In this document: one piece after another, positions 7,785 to 15,888 of the stretch
Position numbering within the stretch: position 1 is the stretch's first letter
Layout of the letters: each line of letters opens with the position of its first letter
Virus record (IMG/VR): IMGVR_UViG_3300027804_000177
Span: 1-28,672 of that record
Origin: a virus
Taxonomy: Duplodnaviria > Caudoviricetes
Length of the DNA: 28,672 nucleotides
Reading direction: 5' to 3' (one strand)
Made by a program: the position numbers and the translations under genes
Notes under the pieces: model-generated
What the model saw: only the letters and a program-made list of their open reading frames with translations
Database searches by the model: none
What the model was told of the DNA's origin: nothing

Positions 7785-8576
7785 TTAGACGGCTCCCATC
7801 TTCTGGAGGGTAAGAGGAACGGCCTCAGTAAACGGAGAAGGAACCATGCCGCCGCGGTTGATGAGGCTCTGCTCCTGAAGGATGATCTTAATCTCCTCGA
7901 GGATCTCATTCTGGCGGGTCATCTTTTCCATGACCGGGTTCGCGCCGACGCCGACGACCGTGCCGAAACCTTCGGGGCCCTTGAACGAGCCGGCCTTTTT
8001 CTCGGCTTCCTTGTCCTCGAAGATGGGTTTGAATGCCTTACCCTCAGGGGAGTTGAGAAACGCCTCAAGAGCCTTCTGCTGGAACTCAGGCGAGCGAGGC
8101 ATCATTTGCATGGCGGCAAGTTCGCCGCCTTCTTGCATATATGGCCCCCTGCTAATTGCCATATCCATGGCAATCTTCTGACCTTCTGGAGTCTTTAAGA
8201 ACTCACGGGCCATCTCAACGCGGCCTTCTTTGGCAAGTTTCATCTCTTCTTCGCGCGCCTTCTTGGCCTTGAAGAATTGGGCCATCTTTGCCTCTTCGGC
8301 GCTCGCATAGACGGTCTCGCCTTTGGCGATCAGATCGAGTCCATCCTTTGCGTCCTGCTTTGCCTTAGCCATCGCCGAGCTAATCATCGAGATGGCCCCC
8401 TGAAGGAGAACCATCGGGGCGGCGAAACCTAGGAAGATGTCCTTGAATGATGTGCTAAACTTTTTGCCAATGTCTTCGACCTGTTTCCCGAAACCAGTCG
8501 TCGCCGTCTTGGCCTTGTCCATAGCCTGGGGAACGTCCGAGGTCGTCTTGATGTTTACGGTCAGGTCTTGGGCCAT
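7785..8576 (-). CDS. Short tape-measure-like protein (263 aa)
   Basis: MAQDLTVNIKTTSD N-terminus typical of tape measure proteins; Ala/Lys/Met-rich helical sequence with one hydrophobic stretch; follows the tube and chaperone genes. Confidence 0.6.
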   Translation of the reverse strand: MAQDLTVNIKTTSDVPQAMDKAKTATTGFGKQVEDIGKKFSTSFKDIFLGFAAPMVLLQGAISMISSAMAKAKQDAKDGLDLIAKGETVYASAEEAKMAQFFKAKKAREEEMKLAKEGRVEMAREFLKTPEGQKIAMDMAISRGPYMQEGGELAAMQMMPRSPEFQQKALEAFLNSPEGKAFKPIFEDKEAEKKAGSFKGPEGFGTVVGVGANPVMEKMTRQNEILEEIKIILQEQSLINRGGMVPSPFTEAVPLTLQKMGAV

Positions 8577-8583
8577 GGTCTCT

Positions 8584-9156
8584 TTACCCTGCGGGATTGG
8601 CAACGGGGGCTTCCCCTTCGCCGGCCTTCAGCTGCTCTTCGATGTAGGCCTCCTCTTCCGGGGACATGATCGCCACGTCGACGCCCTTGCGCATGGCGAA
8701 GGCCGCGTTCAGCCAGACGGCCTGGCATTCAGGCATTTCCCAGGCCCGCTTCTCGTCGATGCCGTTCGCCACTAGGTTCGCGACGATGCTCATCGGCCAG
8801 GGGAGGCCCTTGTTCCCGCCGCTCTTCTTCTGATCCTGCTCCCAGAACTTCGGCCAGTCGTCTACCAGGATGTAACCGGCGAAGGCGTTCAGCAGTATCT
8901 CGAACTTTGCAGGGTTGTCGTTAAGCCGTGAGAGGCGAAGGCGGTCAATCAGGCCGACCTCCCCGAGCGGTTCCTCGGCGCAGACCTGACAGGCGAAGAG
9001 CAAGTCGGCAGGGGTGATGCCGCGGGAGCCGGTGACCAGGGGAGAGTCAAAGGCATGCAAGCGCACGCGGTACTTGAGGCACCACGGGTAAAGCGAACGA
9101 CCCAGCAGCTTGAAAGGCGCCGGGTCGATGTGGGCATTCAGGAAGCGACGATCCAC
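8584..9156 (-). CDS. Putative tail assembly chaperone (190 aa)
   Basis: GTG start; lies between tail tube and tape measure; C-terminal GIDEKRAWEMP resembles chaperone T-type segments. Confidence 0.55.
   Translation of the reverse strand: MDRRFLNAHIDPAPFKLLGRSLYPWCLKYRVRLHAFDSPLVTGSRGITPADLLFACQVCAEEPLGEVGLIDRLRLSRLNDNPAKFEILLNAFAGYILVDDWPKFWEQDQKKSGGNKGLPWPMSIVANLVANGIDEKRAWEMPECQAVWLNAAFAMRKGVDVAIMSPEEEAYIEEQLKAGEGEAPVANPAG
8589..8603 (-). promoter_or_regulatory. Late-gene motif copy 2: TTGCCAATCCCGCAG
   Basis: Begins 27 nt upstream of ATG 8576, in the last codons of the chaperone gene; spacer 1 nt shorter than in the other copies. Confidence 0.7.
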
Positions 9157-9163
9157 TCCCTTG

Positions 9164-9190
9164 AGACTACGCCCCTTTCGGGGGTGTCAA
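9164..9190 (-). promoter_or_regulatory. TTGACA-N15-TAGTCT element containing a CCCC-GAAA-GGGG hairpin
   Basis: Fills the gap between tube and chaperone genes. Perfect -35 but short spacer; GNRA tetraloop stem; promoter versus RNA element unresolved. Confidence 0.35.
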
Positions 9191-9571
9191 TTAGTAGGTG
9201 ATCTCTTCGTAGGACTCGGCAGTGACCGAGACGCTGACGAAACCTTTCGAGCTGCCGCGGTCGTCCACTTTTGTGATGACTCCCGAGAAGCTGACCGAAG
9301 CGGAGCCGCCAGGGTAAGCCGAGGCGGTCTTCGCGGTGAAGGATAGGGTCGCGCCGAGCTGCGGGACGGACGTGAGTTTCGCCACGCCCTCGACGGTGAT
9401 CTCGGAGCGGCGGTCGTCGTAACGGGCCGTCACGGTCAGGCCGGACTCATTGACCACCGTGCCGGTGTTGTTGAATCCAGAGCTGACTGAGTAGGACTGC
9501 ACGAAAAGGGAGGCCACTTGGCCGGCGCCAATTCCGTAGAGGCAGACTACGCCTTTGTTTACTTCGCTCAT
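9191..9571 (-). CDS. Putative tail tube (major tail) protein (126 aa)
   Basis: Ser/Thr/Val-rich beta pattern (SVSFSGVITKV...VSVSVTAE); position after the tail-terminator-like gene. Confidence 0.6.
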   Translation of the reverse strand: MSEVNKGVVCLYGIGAGQVASLFVQSYSVSSGFNNTGTVVNESGLTVTARYDDRRSEITVEGVAKLTSVPQLGATLSFTAKTASAYPGGSASVSFSGVITKVDDRGSSKGFVSVSVTAESYEEITY

Positions 9572-9578
9572 CTTACTC

Positions 9579-9594
9579 CTGCTTTAATTGGCAA
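9579..9594 (-). promoter_or_regulatory. Late-gene motif copy 3: TTGCCAATTAAAGCAG
   Basis: Fills the 24-nt intergenic gap; begins 23 nt upstream of ATG 9571. Confidence 0.75.
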
Positions 9595-9595
9595 C

Positions 9596-10033
9596 CTACT
9601 CGGGGTTCAGGCAAGTGAGGATGTCGAAGGCGAAGGAAGTCGCCCAGGAGCGCTCGTCGATGCCCTCGTCTTCGGAGCGATAGGTAACGTCATAGCAGAG
9701 CGCGTCGCCGGTCACCGCGAATGCGTCTTGGATCAGGCCCACGCTCCGCATGCAGTCTGACAGGGCGGCGCAGCGGGCACGGTGGACGGCCAGCGCAGTG
9801 TCGTCGGCGTTCGAGAAAAGGGTGATGCGGACGGAGCAATCGAAATTGCCGAGGCCTTCGGGGAGGTCGCCAGGAGCCCGGGCGGAGTCGCAGAGCACGA
9901 CGGCCTTGGGCAGGGTCTGGGTCGCGGCGCTGTCACCCGTGAGGATGGCCACGCCGGCGAGACCAGCCTGGGCGGTGAGGTAGGTCGCGAGCGTGCCCTC
10001 GACGATGTGGCGGATGGATTTGGTGAAGGCCAT
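9596..10033 (-). CDS. Putative tail terminator protein (145 aa)
   Basis: Size, LPKAVV motif and position upstream of the tube gene. Confidence 0.55.
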   Translation of the reverse strand: MAFTKSIRHIVEGTLATYLTAQAGLAGVAILTGDSAATQTLPKAVVLCDSARAPGDLPEGLGNFDCSVRITLFSNADDTALAVHRARCAALSDCMRSVGLIQDAFAVTGDALCYDVTYRSEDEGIDERSWATSFAFDILTCLNPE

Positions 10034-10034
10034 G

Positions 10035-10997
10035 TTATTTGCGGTTAAATTTGTCGACGGGTTTGCGGAGTCGGTAACGGATCATCGCGGGCATCTGCTT
10101 CACGCGGTTGCCGTAGACCAGGCCGAGGACTCCCGCGTCGTCGGCGATTGCGTTGATGTTGCCTAGGGTGTTCGTCACGGAGACTTCGGCGATCTTGTCG
10201 GTGAAGGCCGTCACGTTAGTCCCAGGGACTCCAGAATGCGAGGTAATCCAAGAGGCCTTGCGCAGCTGGGCACCGGGCTCGCCTTGCTGGCCGTTGTTAT
10301 CCTTAGGGCGGGGGAGACTGGCAAGGGCCTTGGCCCAACCTGACTTGACCGCCCCGACCATGGCTTGACGGCGCTCAATGTATTCCTGCAACTCGGACTT
10401 GTCCTGCACGAGCAGCTTGGCGGTCACCGGGCGGCGGCCCTGCTTGATGCGTCCGCCGAACTTACCTTTGACCTGGTCATGGATTGTCCGCAGATCACGG
10501 ACGAATCCCTGCGTGCCATACTCGCTTTTGATGGGGTTTGCACGGTTCAAGAAGTTCTTGGCCTTGGCAAAGGCCCGCTGCTTGTCGGCGTCGGCCGCGA
10601 TCTTCGAGAGGACGCTGCGCTGGCCGAGCATGCCGGAGAGTCGGCCACCTTCGGTAAGGCGCGAGAAGGTTCCGAAGTCGCCGGCCTTGACCGCGAAGGC
10701 CATCTGGTTAACGAGGTTTCCAGCTACGCCCTTGGCCGAAGAATCGTTAGCGGCCACAAAGATCTTGGAGATGTCGCCGGCTACGGCGCCGAGGCCCGCC
10801 TTCTTGGCCGCAGGGGTAAGGCCTCCGCCTCCGCCCTTGACCAGTGGGGGCGTGAAGTTGGCCGCGTCCTGGCAAGCAAAGGCCGCTTGCTCGAGGACGG
10901 CGTCGCGCATGGTGATCTTGGTCGCCGCGGCGAATTGCCGACAGGCCTCCACAAATTGAGCGAGGGACTTCGGCTCGATGGAGACCTTGGCCGGCAT
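10035..10997 (-). CDS. Putative neck / tail-completion protein (320 aa, basic)
   Basis: Sits in the HK97 gp10-like position between head closure and terminator; Ala/Lys/Arg/Gly-rich; larger than usual. Confidence 0.5.
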   Translation of the reverse strand: MPAKVSIEPKSLAQFVEACRQFAAATKITMRDAVLEQAAFACQDAANFTPPLVKGGGGGLTPAAKKAGLGAVAGDISKIFVAANDSSAKGVAGNLVNQMAFAVKAGDFGTFSRLTEGGRLSGMLGQRSVLSKIAADADKQRAFAKAKNFLNRANPIKSEYGTQGFVRDLRTIHDQVKGKFGGRIKQGRRPVTAKLLVQDKSELQEYIERRQAMVGAVKSGWAKALASLPRPKDNNGQQGEPGAQLRKASWITSHSGVPGTNVTAFTDKIAEVSVTNTLGNINAIADDAGVLGLVYGNRVKQMPAMIRYRLRKPVDKFNRK

Positions 10998-11374
10998 TAC
11001 TGGTTGTCGTCGATGACGACGAGCGTCACCCAGGCCGACCCGGGCTTATAGGTCTGGGTCGTGATGCGGACGTTCTTCCCGCCGGCCACGATCTTCTTGC
11101 CCTGGGCGAGGGAGGCGATGGGGGAGCCGCCGACGATGATGGCCGTGGATGCCCCCGTAGACCCATCTGGAAGGCTCCAGGAGGCCGTTGCGGCGGGGAG
11201 GCGGACGTTGTACTGGGTTCGCTCCATATAGCCCCCAGCCTCGAGCACGGTCTGCACGGCGGGGTCGGAGATGAGGCAGGAGAAGGTGATGGCCCCGGAG
11301 TTGGCCGACCCGGCCACGCCGAAGTCGGCGACCATCTCCTTCGCGTCGGGCAGGAACTCAGCGTACAAACTCAT
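10997..11374 (-). CDS. Putative head-closure / head-tail joining protein (125 aa)
   Basis: Start MSLYAEF at 11374; first gene after the capsid; beta-rich, lambda FII-like size. Confidence 0.55.
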   Translation of the reverse strand: MSLYAEFLPDAKEMVADFGVAGSANSGAITFSCLISDPAVQTVLEAGGYMERTQYNVRLPAATASWSLPDGSTGASTAIIVGGSPIASLAQGKKIVAGGKNVRITTQTYKPGSAWVTLVVIDDNQ

Positions 11375-11378
11375 AACC

Positions 11379-11394
11379 CTGCGGCCATTGGCAA
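11379..11394 (-). promoter_or_regulatory. Late-gene motif copy 4: TTGCCAATGGCCGCAG
   Basis: Just downstream of the capsid terminator; begins 20 nt upstream of ATG 11374. Confidence 0.8.
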
Positions 11395-11402
11395 ACAGGC
11401 AC

Positions 11403-11430
11403 AAAAAAGGGGCCCCTTGCGGAGCCCCTT
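11403..11430 (-). terminator. Rho-independent terminator after the major capsid gene
   Basis: AAGGGGCTCC-GCAA-GGGGCCCCTT stem running into a T6 tract. Confidence 0.9.
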
Positions 11431-11450
11431 CGATTCCGTCGTCAGACCGC

Positions 11451-12329
11451 TTAGGCAGCGGTGACGTAGCGGACGAGGGAGGTCGAACGGCCCTTGTTGG
11501 CGCCGACGAGGATCTGAGCGATGCAGCGGATGTTGCCCGTCTCAGCCTGACCGACGAGAACCTGGACGGAGAGACCAGACTCGGCGGTGGCGACGCTGGA
11601 GGTGAAGCCAGCGATTTCGGCCATCGGGATGCCGGTGGCGACGAGGAGCGAGTCCGGGCCCATGGCCACGCCCGCGAGGTTCTCGACGTTCGGGATCTGG
11701 TTCCACTGGTAGATGTCCATGCCGGCGACCTGACCGACGGAGCCCGTGGTGACCACGGCGTTGGCGGCCGGGTTCAGGGAGCCGTAGATCTTGGCGTCGT
11801 TACGGAGGGCCTTGAGGTAACCGTTGCCCGCGAGGAAGGAGCGGGGCTGGCCGGCCTTGGCGGTGTCGAGGAGGAACTGAGCGTTCACGACGTCGTCATA
11901 ACCGAAGTCATTGAGGGCGACGATCTCTTCGGTGGCGAAGTTGGCGGTCGTGAAGACGGAACCGATTTCGGCCCAGGTCTTGTCGACGATGGCCTGAGCG
12001 GCGGTCTTCGCGTAGGCGTTGATGAGGTACTGCATGCCGTACTCCTGGATGTCCAGGGGGCTGAACTCATCGACGTACTTGAAATGCTTCAGGGTGACCG
12101 AGGAGGAGGTCATCTCGGCGCCGTCCACGTCGGACAGGTTGTTCGAGACCTTGTTGAACTCCGAAGCCGTGCCAGCGCCCATGATCGGGACGAAGACGGT
12201 CTTGCCAGCGCGGCCGACGGAGGCCGAGAGGTTGACGGAGACGTTGTTGAGGATGGGCAGCTTGCCGGCGACGGTCTGGACGATGTAGTCAGACAGGATA
12301 GCCGGAGCGGTAGGGAGGACGGTAGCCAT
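11451..12329 (-). CDS. Major capsid protein (292 aa)
   Basis: Follows protease and scaffold and ends at a strong terminator; very strong codon bias; GKTVFVP and GSVGQVAGMDIY motifs typical of HK97-fold coat proteins. Confidence 0.85.
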   Translation of the reverse strand: MATVLPTAPAILSDYIVQTVAGKLPILNNVSVNLSASVGRAGKTVFVPIMGAGTASEFNKVSNNLSDVDGAEMTSSSVTLKHFKYVDEFSPLDIQEYGMQYLINAYAKTAAQAIVDKTWAEIGSVFTTANFATEEIVALNDFGYDDVVNAQFLLDTAKAGQPRSFLAGNGYLKALRNDAKIYGSLNPAANAVVTTGSVGQVAGMDIYQWNQIPNVENLAGVAMGPDSLLVATGIPMAEIAGFTSSVATAESGLSVQVLVGQAETGNIRCIAQILVGANKGRSTSLVRYVTAA

Positions 12330-12352
12330 AGTAGTGTGTTAGGGAGTGAGGG

Positions 12353-13225
12353 TTAGAGGGAAATGAGAGCGGCCTTGTGCGCGTTGAAGAACGCGATGCG
12401 GGCCTGACCAGGAGGGAGAGCGAGGTAAGCGGCCTTAATGTCGGCGTTGCTCATCTTGACCGGGGAGTCGCCCTTCGGAAGTTCGACAGGCTCGGTGCCG
12501 AAGGAGGCGACGATCTTCGCGGCTTCCTTCGAGGCGGTGGCCTTCGAGCCTTCGAGCTCGGCGACCTTGGCCTTCAGCTCGGAGGCTTCCTTCGCGGAGG
12601 CTTCGAGGGCGGCGGTCAGTTCGGCGACCTTGGAGGACGACGCGGCGGCTTCGACCTTGAGGGACTCCAGTTCGGCGGAGGCGCCGACGGTCATCTTCTC
12701 GACGGTGGTGCGGAGGTCGTCGCGTTCAGCGGTAAGGCCCGCAAGCGAGGCGGCGGCCTGGACGAGTTGCTCTTCGATGGTCATGCTAGTCCTGCGGAAA
12801 TTGGCAACCTTGGCCGAGGGGACGACGGCCTCTTCGACCTCGTCTTCGACTTCCTCTTCGGACTCTTCGACAACCTCGGGGACATCCTCGGGGGCCATGA
12901 CTTCGACGCCCAGGGCGGCCACGGCCTCGCGGCTGTCGGCCCGGTTGTCGATAAACAGGTCGACGCGCTCGCCTTTGTCCAGGCGCTCCTTGATGACGCG
13001 GGCCTTGAAGACCGGCGCCTCTTCGGAGCCGTCATTCATGATCAGCTCCTGATACTCGAGGCCAGTGGCGGCGAGGTCGGCCACGGTCTTCTCGCGGTCG
13101 GACTCGGGGCGGTTGGTCAGGATGACCACCTCTTCGGCGGCCTCGTCGATGTAGTCGATGACGCGCTCGACGGGCTGGCCGTCTTTCAGGATCGTGTCGT
13201 CGATGTCAGTGAAGATGCGGGGCAT
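12353..13225 (-). CDS. HAD-family phosphatase domain fused to coiled-coil capsid scaffold (290 aa; internal start at 12784 gives a 143-aa scaffold)
   Basis: HAD motifs IFTDIDDT (I), ILTNR (II), FK (III) and FIDN (IV); acidic linker; Ala/Glu/Lys coiled coil; position between protease and capsid. Confidence 0.75.
   Translation of the reverse strand: MPRIFTDIDDTILKDGQPVERVIDYIDEAAEEVVILTNRPESDREKTVADLAATGLEYQELIMNDGSEEAPVFKARVIKERLDKGERVDLFIDNRADSREAVAALGVEVMAPEDVPEVVEESEEEVEDEVEEAVVPSAKVANFRRTSMTIEEQLVQAAASLAGLTAERDDLRTTVEKMTVGASAELESLKVEAAASSSKVAELTAALEASAKEASELKAKVAELEGSKATASKEAAKIVASFGTEPVELPKGDSPVKMSNADIKAAYLALPPGQARIAFFNAHKAALISL
12792..12807 (-). promoter_or_regulatory. Late-gene motif copy 5: TTGCCAATTTCCGCAG (intragenic)
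   Basis: Begins 23 nt upstream of the in-frame ATG at 12784 (MTIEEQL). Confidence 0.75.
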
Positions 13226-13229
13226 AGGT

Positions 13230-14024
13230 TTAGAAAGATGCAAGGGCCTTGGAGAAGGAGTCGGCGAGGCCAGTGACTAGGCCCTGGGCGGCGGCTTGCT
13301 TACCGGAGAAGACCTGACCGCGAAGGGCGGAGTCGGCGACCATCTTGCGCTTGGCACGGATGGCGGCCTTGAAGTCTTCATGGATGCCGTCGACCGAAGC
13401 CTGGAGGTCGGCCATCTGTTCATCGGAGAGGGACGTCCCCTCGATGCCGGCGCCCTTGAGCGGTGAGCCAGAGGACTTGATGACGACCATGCGCACGCCC
13501 TGGGACTCGTAGAGTTTGGACATGTCAGGAATAGCCATGTAGACGCCCACGGAACCCACGACCGATGAGGGACTCACGGTCACCCTATCTGCCTGACTTC
13601 CGAGCCAGTAAGCAGCCGAGGCCATCTCGGAGTCGGTGTAGGCCATGGTAGGCTTGCCCACGTCGCGGATCTTGTTGGCGAGCTCTTCGACGCCGGTGAC
13701 CGTGCCGCCAGGGGAAGAGATATTAAAGGCAATCTTCTCGACCGCAGGGTCGGCCGCCATCGCGTCGAGCGTGGCAGAGATTTCATTGACGTCGGTCACG
13801 CCCATCATGCGCTCGAGAGGGCTGACGCCCTTGGAGATCAGGCCGACGATAGGGATGACGCCCACGCCGTTCTGGATATACGGGGCAGGGGCTACGCCGA
13901 AGATCTGGGCGAGCATGTCGGAGAAGCCGAACTTCTCGGCCATGACCGCGAAGTCTTGAGCCTTGGACGGGTCGATGAGCATCGGCTCACGGCCCTTGAG
14001 TGCATGGGAGAGGAATCGGGTCAT
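13230..14024 (-). CDS. Prohead maturation protease, S49/SppA family (lambda gpC-like, 264 aa)
   Basis: Motifs NISSPGG, MASAAYWLGSQAD, VGSVGV and GQVFSGKQAAAQGLV. Confidence 0.92.
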   Translation of the reverse strand: MTRFLSHALKGREPMLIDPSKAQDFAVMAEKFGFSDMLAQIFGVAPAPYIQNGVGVIPIVGLISKGVSPLERMMGVTDVNEISATLDAMAADPAVEKIAFNISSPGGTVTGVEELANKIRDVGKPTMAYTDSEMASAAYWLGSQADRVTVSPSSVVGSVGVYMAIPDMSKLYESQGVRMVVIKSSGSPLKGAGIEGTSLSDEQMADLQASVDGIHEDFKAAIRAKRKMVADSALRGQVFSGKQAAAQGLVTGLADSFSKALASF

Positions 14025-15520
14025 TTCTTTTCGTTAAGGTTGGTGCCGGGGAGCGGTTCAGCCTGGTCGACTTGGGCGACCGTGCCGAGCGGGGTGTTCG
14101 TCGGGCGGAAGAGCAGCTCGAACGGGATGCCGTACTGCTTCGCTAGGTTCTGAATATGCGCCATGTCGGCGGCTCGCTTCTCCATCTCGGAGCGGAAGTC
14201 GAGGCCGCGCTGGCCGTAGAGCTCAGACATGGACATCAGGCCCATCTCGATGTCGGCCCGGTCGTTCGCGGCTTCGCGGCCAGCGTCGACGGTGACCGAC
14301 TTCGGGGTCGTCCAAGAGGCAGACCACCAGCGGGGGTCGTCAGGGATCTCGCCGCGGGCGATACCGTCTGCGATTATGTACTCATACGTTGGTTGGCAAA
14401 AGGCCTCCACGATGACATTCTGATATTTTCCGAAGACCCGTGCGCTCTTCGCGGTGACTAGGCGAACCCCGGCTCCGCCGGCGGCGGTGACGTCCTTCAC
14501 GAATTCGTAAGGGAGGACGGAGCAAATATCTTTTTCGAGCGCCGCGAGGAAGCCGACGAAGGTCGAGTTCGGGCGCTTGCTCTCGAAGGACTCGAAAGAG
14601 TCAGAGGACTCGAGCACGATGGCCTTGCCGCCCATCTGGCTTGCGATGATCTCAGCGGAGTTATGGTTCGACGAGATCTCGGAGGCCGCGTCGTCGTCGA
14701 GGAAGCCAGAGCCCTTCTTGATGACTCGGGTCACGTCGCCGTTATCCTTTACGGCCCGACGCTCGAGCTCGAGGATTTCCTTCACGTCCTGGATGCTGTT
14801 GAGCGAGGACTGAAGCACCGGGACGCCGCGAGAGCCTGAAGCGGTCTCCATGTCCATGACGTGCATCACGGACTGAGCCTCGACCTTCTTCGACGAGCCG
14901 TCGGCCTTGTAGACGTTGTAATAGGTCGGCTCGTTATACTTGCCGAAGCCGATGCCGTCCCAGCAATCAGCAGGGGTGTCTGCGTCGGTAGGGTCGCCCA
15001 CGCGGTGGGCCTCGATGGTCTGGATCTGGGCGCGGTCACCGTTGACGACCTTGATGGCGAAAGCGTCGCCGTCGCGGATAAGGGCGCGGATGAGGATGGC
15101 CTGACACTGATAGAAGGACTTGCCGGAGACGTCGATGCGCTTGGACTGGCGGGCGAAGTACTCCTCGTAAAGACGGGATGTCTCGGGATTATCAGCGTGC
15201 GCCTGGGGCTTGATGCCGTCGCCGACGACGTAGATGCACAGGTCGTTCAGGATCTGGCGGAAGAGCGCGGACTCGCGCTCGGCCCAGCGGCATTTCTTGA
15301 CCATCTCATTGCGATCCCAGGGCGAAAGGTCGCGGCGCATGTCGTCCGGCTGCGGAGCGTAGATGACGCGGCGAGCGTAGGTCTGAACGGTGCTGCCCCA
15401 CTGGTTGCCGCTGTACTGATTGTTGAACGTGGCCCCACTCGACGCGGCCTGAGGCGCGGTCGTCGGCTTCTTCCTCGCGGAAGACTTGGCGGGCTTCTGG
15501 TCTTTCTTGCGGGGGGCCAT
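14021..15520 (-). CDS. Portal protein, lambda family (499 aa)
   Basis: VVGDGIKPQ, RDGDAF, IEAHRV, RGVP and WTTPKSVTVDAGRE motifs; position after terminase and gpW. Confidence 0.88.
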   Translation of the reverse strand: MAPRKKDQKPAKSSARKKPTTAPQAASSGATFNNQYSGNQWGSTVQTYARRVIYAPQPDDMRRDLSPWDRNEMVKKCRWAERESALFRQILNDLCIYVVGDGIKPQAHADNPETSRLYEEYFARQSKRIDVSGKSFYQCQAILIRALIRDGDAFAIKVVNGDRAQIQTIEAHRVGDPTDADTPADCWDGIGFGKYNEPTYYNVYKADGSSKKVEAQSVMHVMDMETASGSRGVPVLQSSLNSIQDVKEILELERRAVKDNGDVTRVIKKGSGFLDDDAASEISSNHNSAEIIASQMGGKAIVLESSDSFESFESKRPNSTFVGFLAALEKDICSVLPYEFVKDVTAAGGAGVRLVTAKSARVFGKYQNVIVEAFCQPTYEYIIADGIARGEIPDDPRWWSASWTTPKSVTVDAGREAANDRADIEMGLMSMSELYGQRGLDFRSEMEKRAADMAHIQNLAKQYGIPFELLFRPTNTPLGTVAQVDQAEPLPGTNLNEKK

Positions 15521-15523
15521 AGA

Positions 15524-15778
15524 TTATTCGTATCGGTTATCCCATCGGGTGTAAACCATCGTCGAGCGTCGACCATACTTGCCCGGGTCGAGGCGGCTCA
15601 GGGCGAACATAGCCTCGTTAAGCATCTCCTTCGGAGGCAGGGCGAACTGCTTCGTCGCCGAAGAGCCGGAGTCGGAGTAGGACATCAGGGTCTTTCCGTC
15701 CATGATGAGCTGAAGGGCCTTCGCCTTGAGGTCGAGAAGCTCGCATTCCGTCAGGCCGATGAAGATACCTTGTGCCAT
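15524..15778 (-). CDS. gpW-like head-to-tail joining protein (84 aa)
   Basis: Small helix-hairpin-helix pattern (DGKTLMSYSDSG) between TerL and portal, as in lambda. Confidence 0.65.
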   Translation of the reverse strand: MAQGIFIGLTECELLDLKAKALQLIMDGKTLMSYSDSGSSATKQFALPPKEMLNEAMFALSRLDPGKYGRRSTMVYTRWDNRYE

Positions 15779-15784
15779 TTAATC

Positions 15785-15800
15785 TTGCGGTAATTGGCAA
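15785..15800 (-). promoter_or_regulatory. Late-gene motif copy 6: TTGCCAATTACCGCAA
   Basis: Intergenic; begins 22 nt upstream of ATG 15778. Confidence 0.75.
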
Positions 15801-15888
15801 CGGAGGGGGCGGCGACGCCCATATCCACGCCACGAGCTCTTCTTCCCGCAACTATCGGCGCCGCCGCTTAGGTAAAGTCTCCCCGAGT

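Noticed and set aside
11271-13276. Long plus-strand ORFs (11271..12356, 12377..13276; also 14861..15793, 17429..18397, 24437..25153, 39..647)
   Set aside because: They are antisense shadows of GC3-rich minus-strand genes, with no recognisable motifs and full overlap with well-supported CDSs.
5338-15800. Reading the late motif's TTGC as a sigma54 -12 box
   Set aside because: In the copies checked there is no GG ten bases upstream of the GC, so the -24 element is absent.
15807-15816. GGGCGGCGAC, the first 10 nt of the lambda cohesive end
   Set aside because: It lies downstream of terL instead of upstream of terS, is plausible by chance at this GC content, and is better explained as one arm of a stem.
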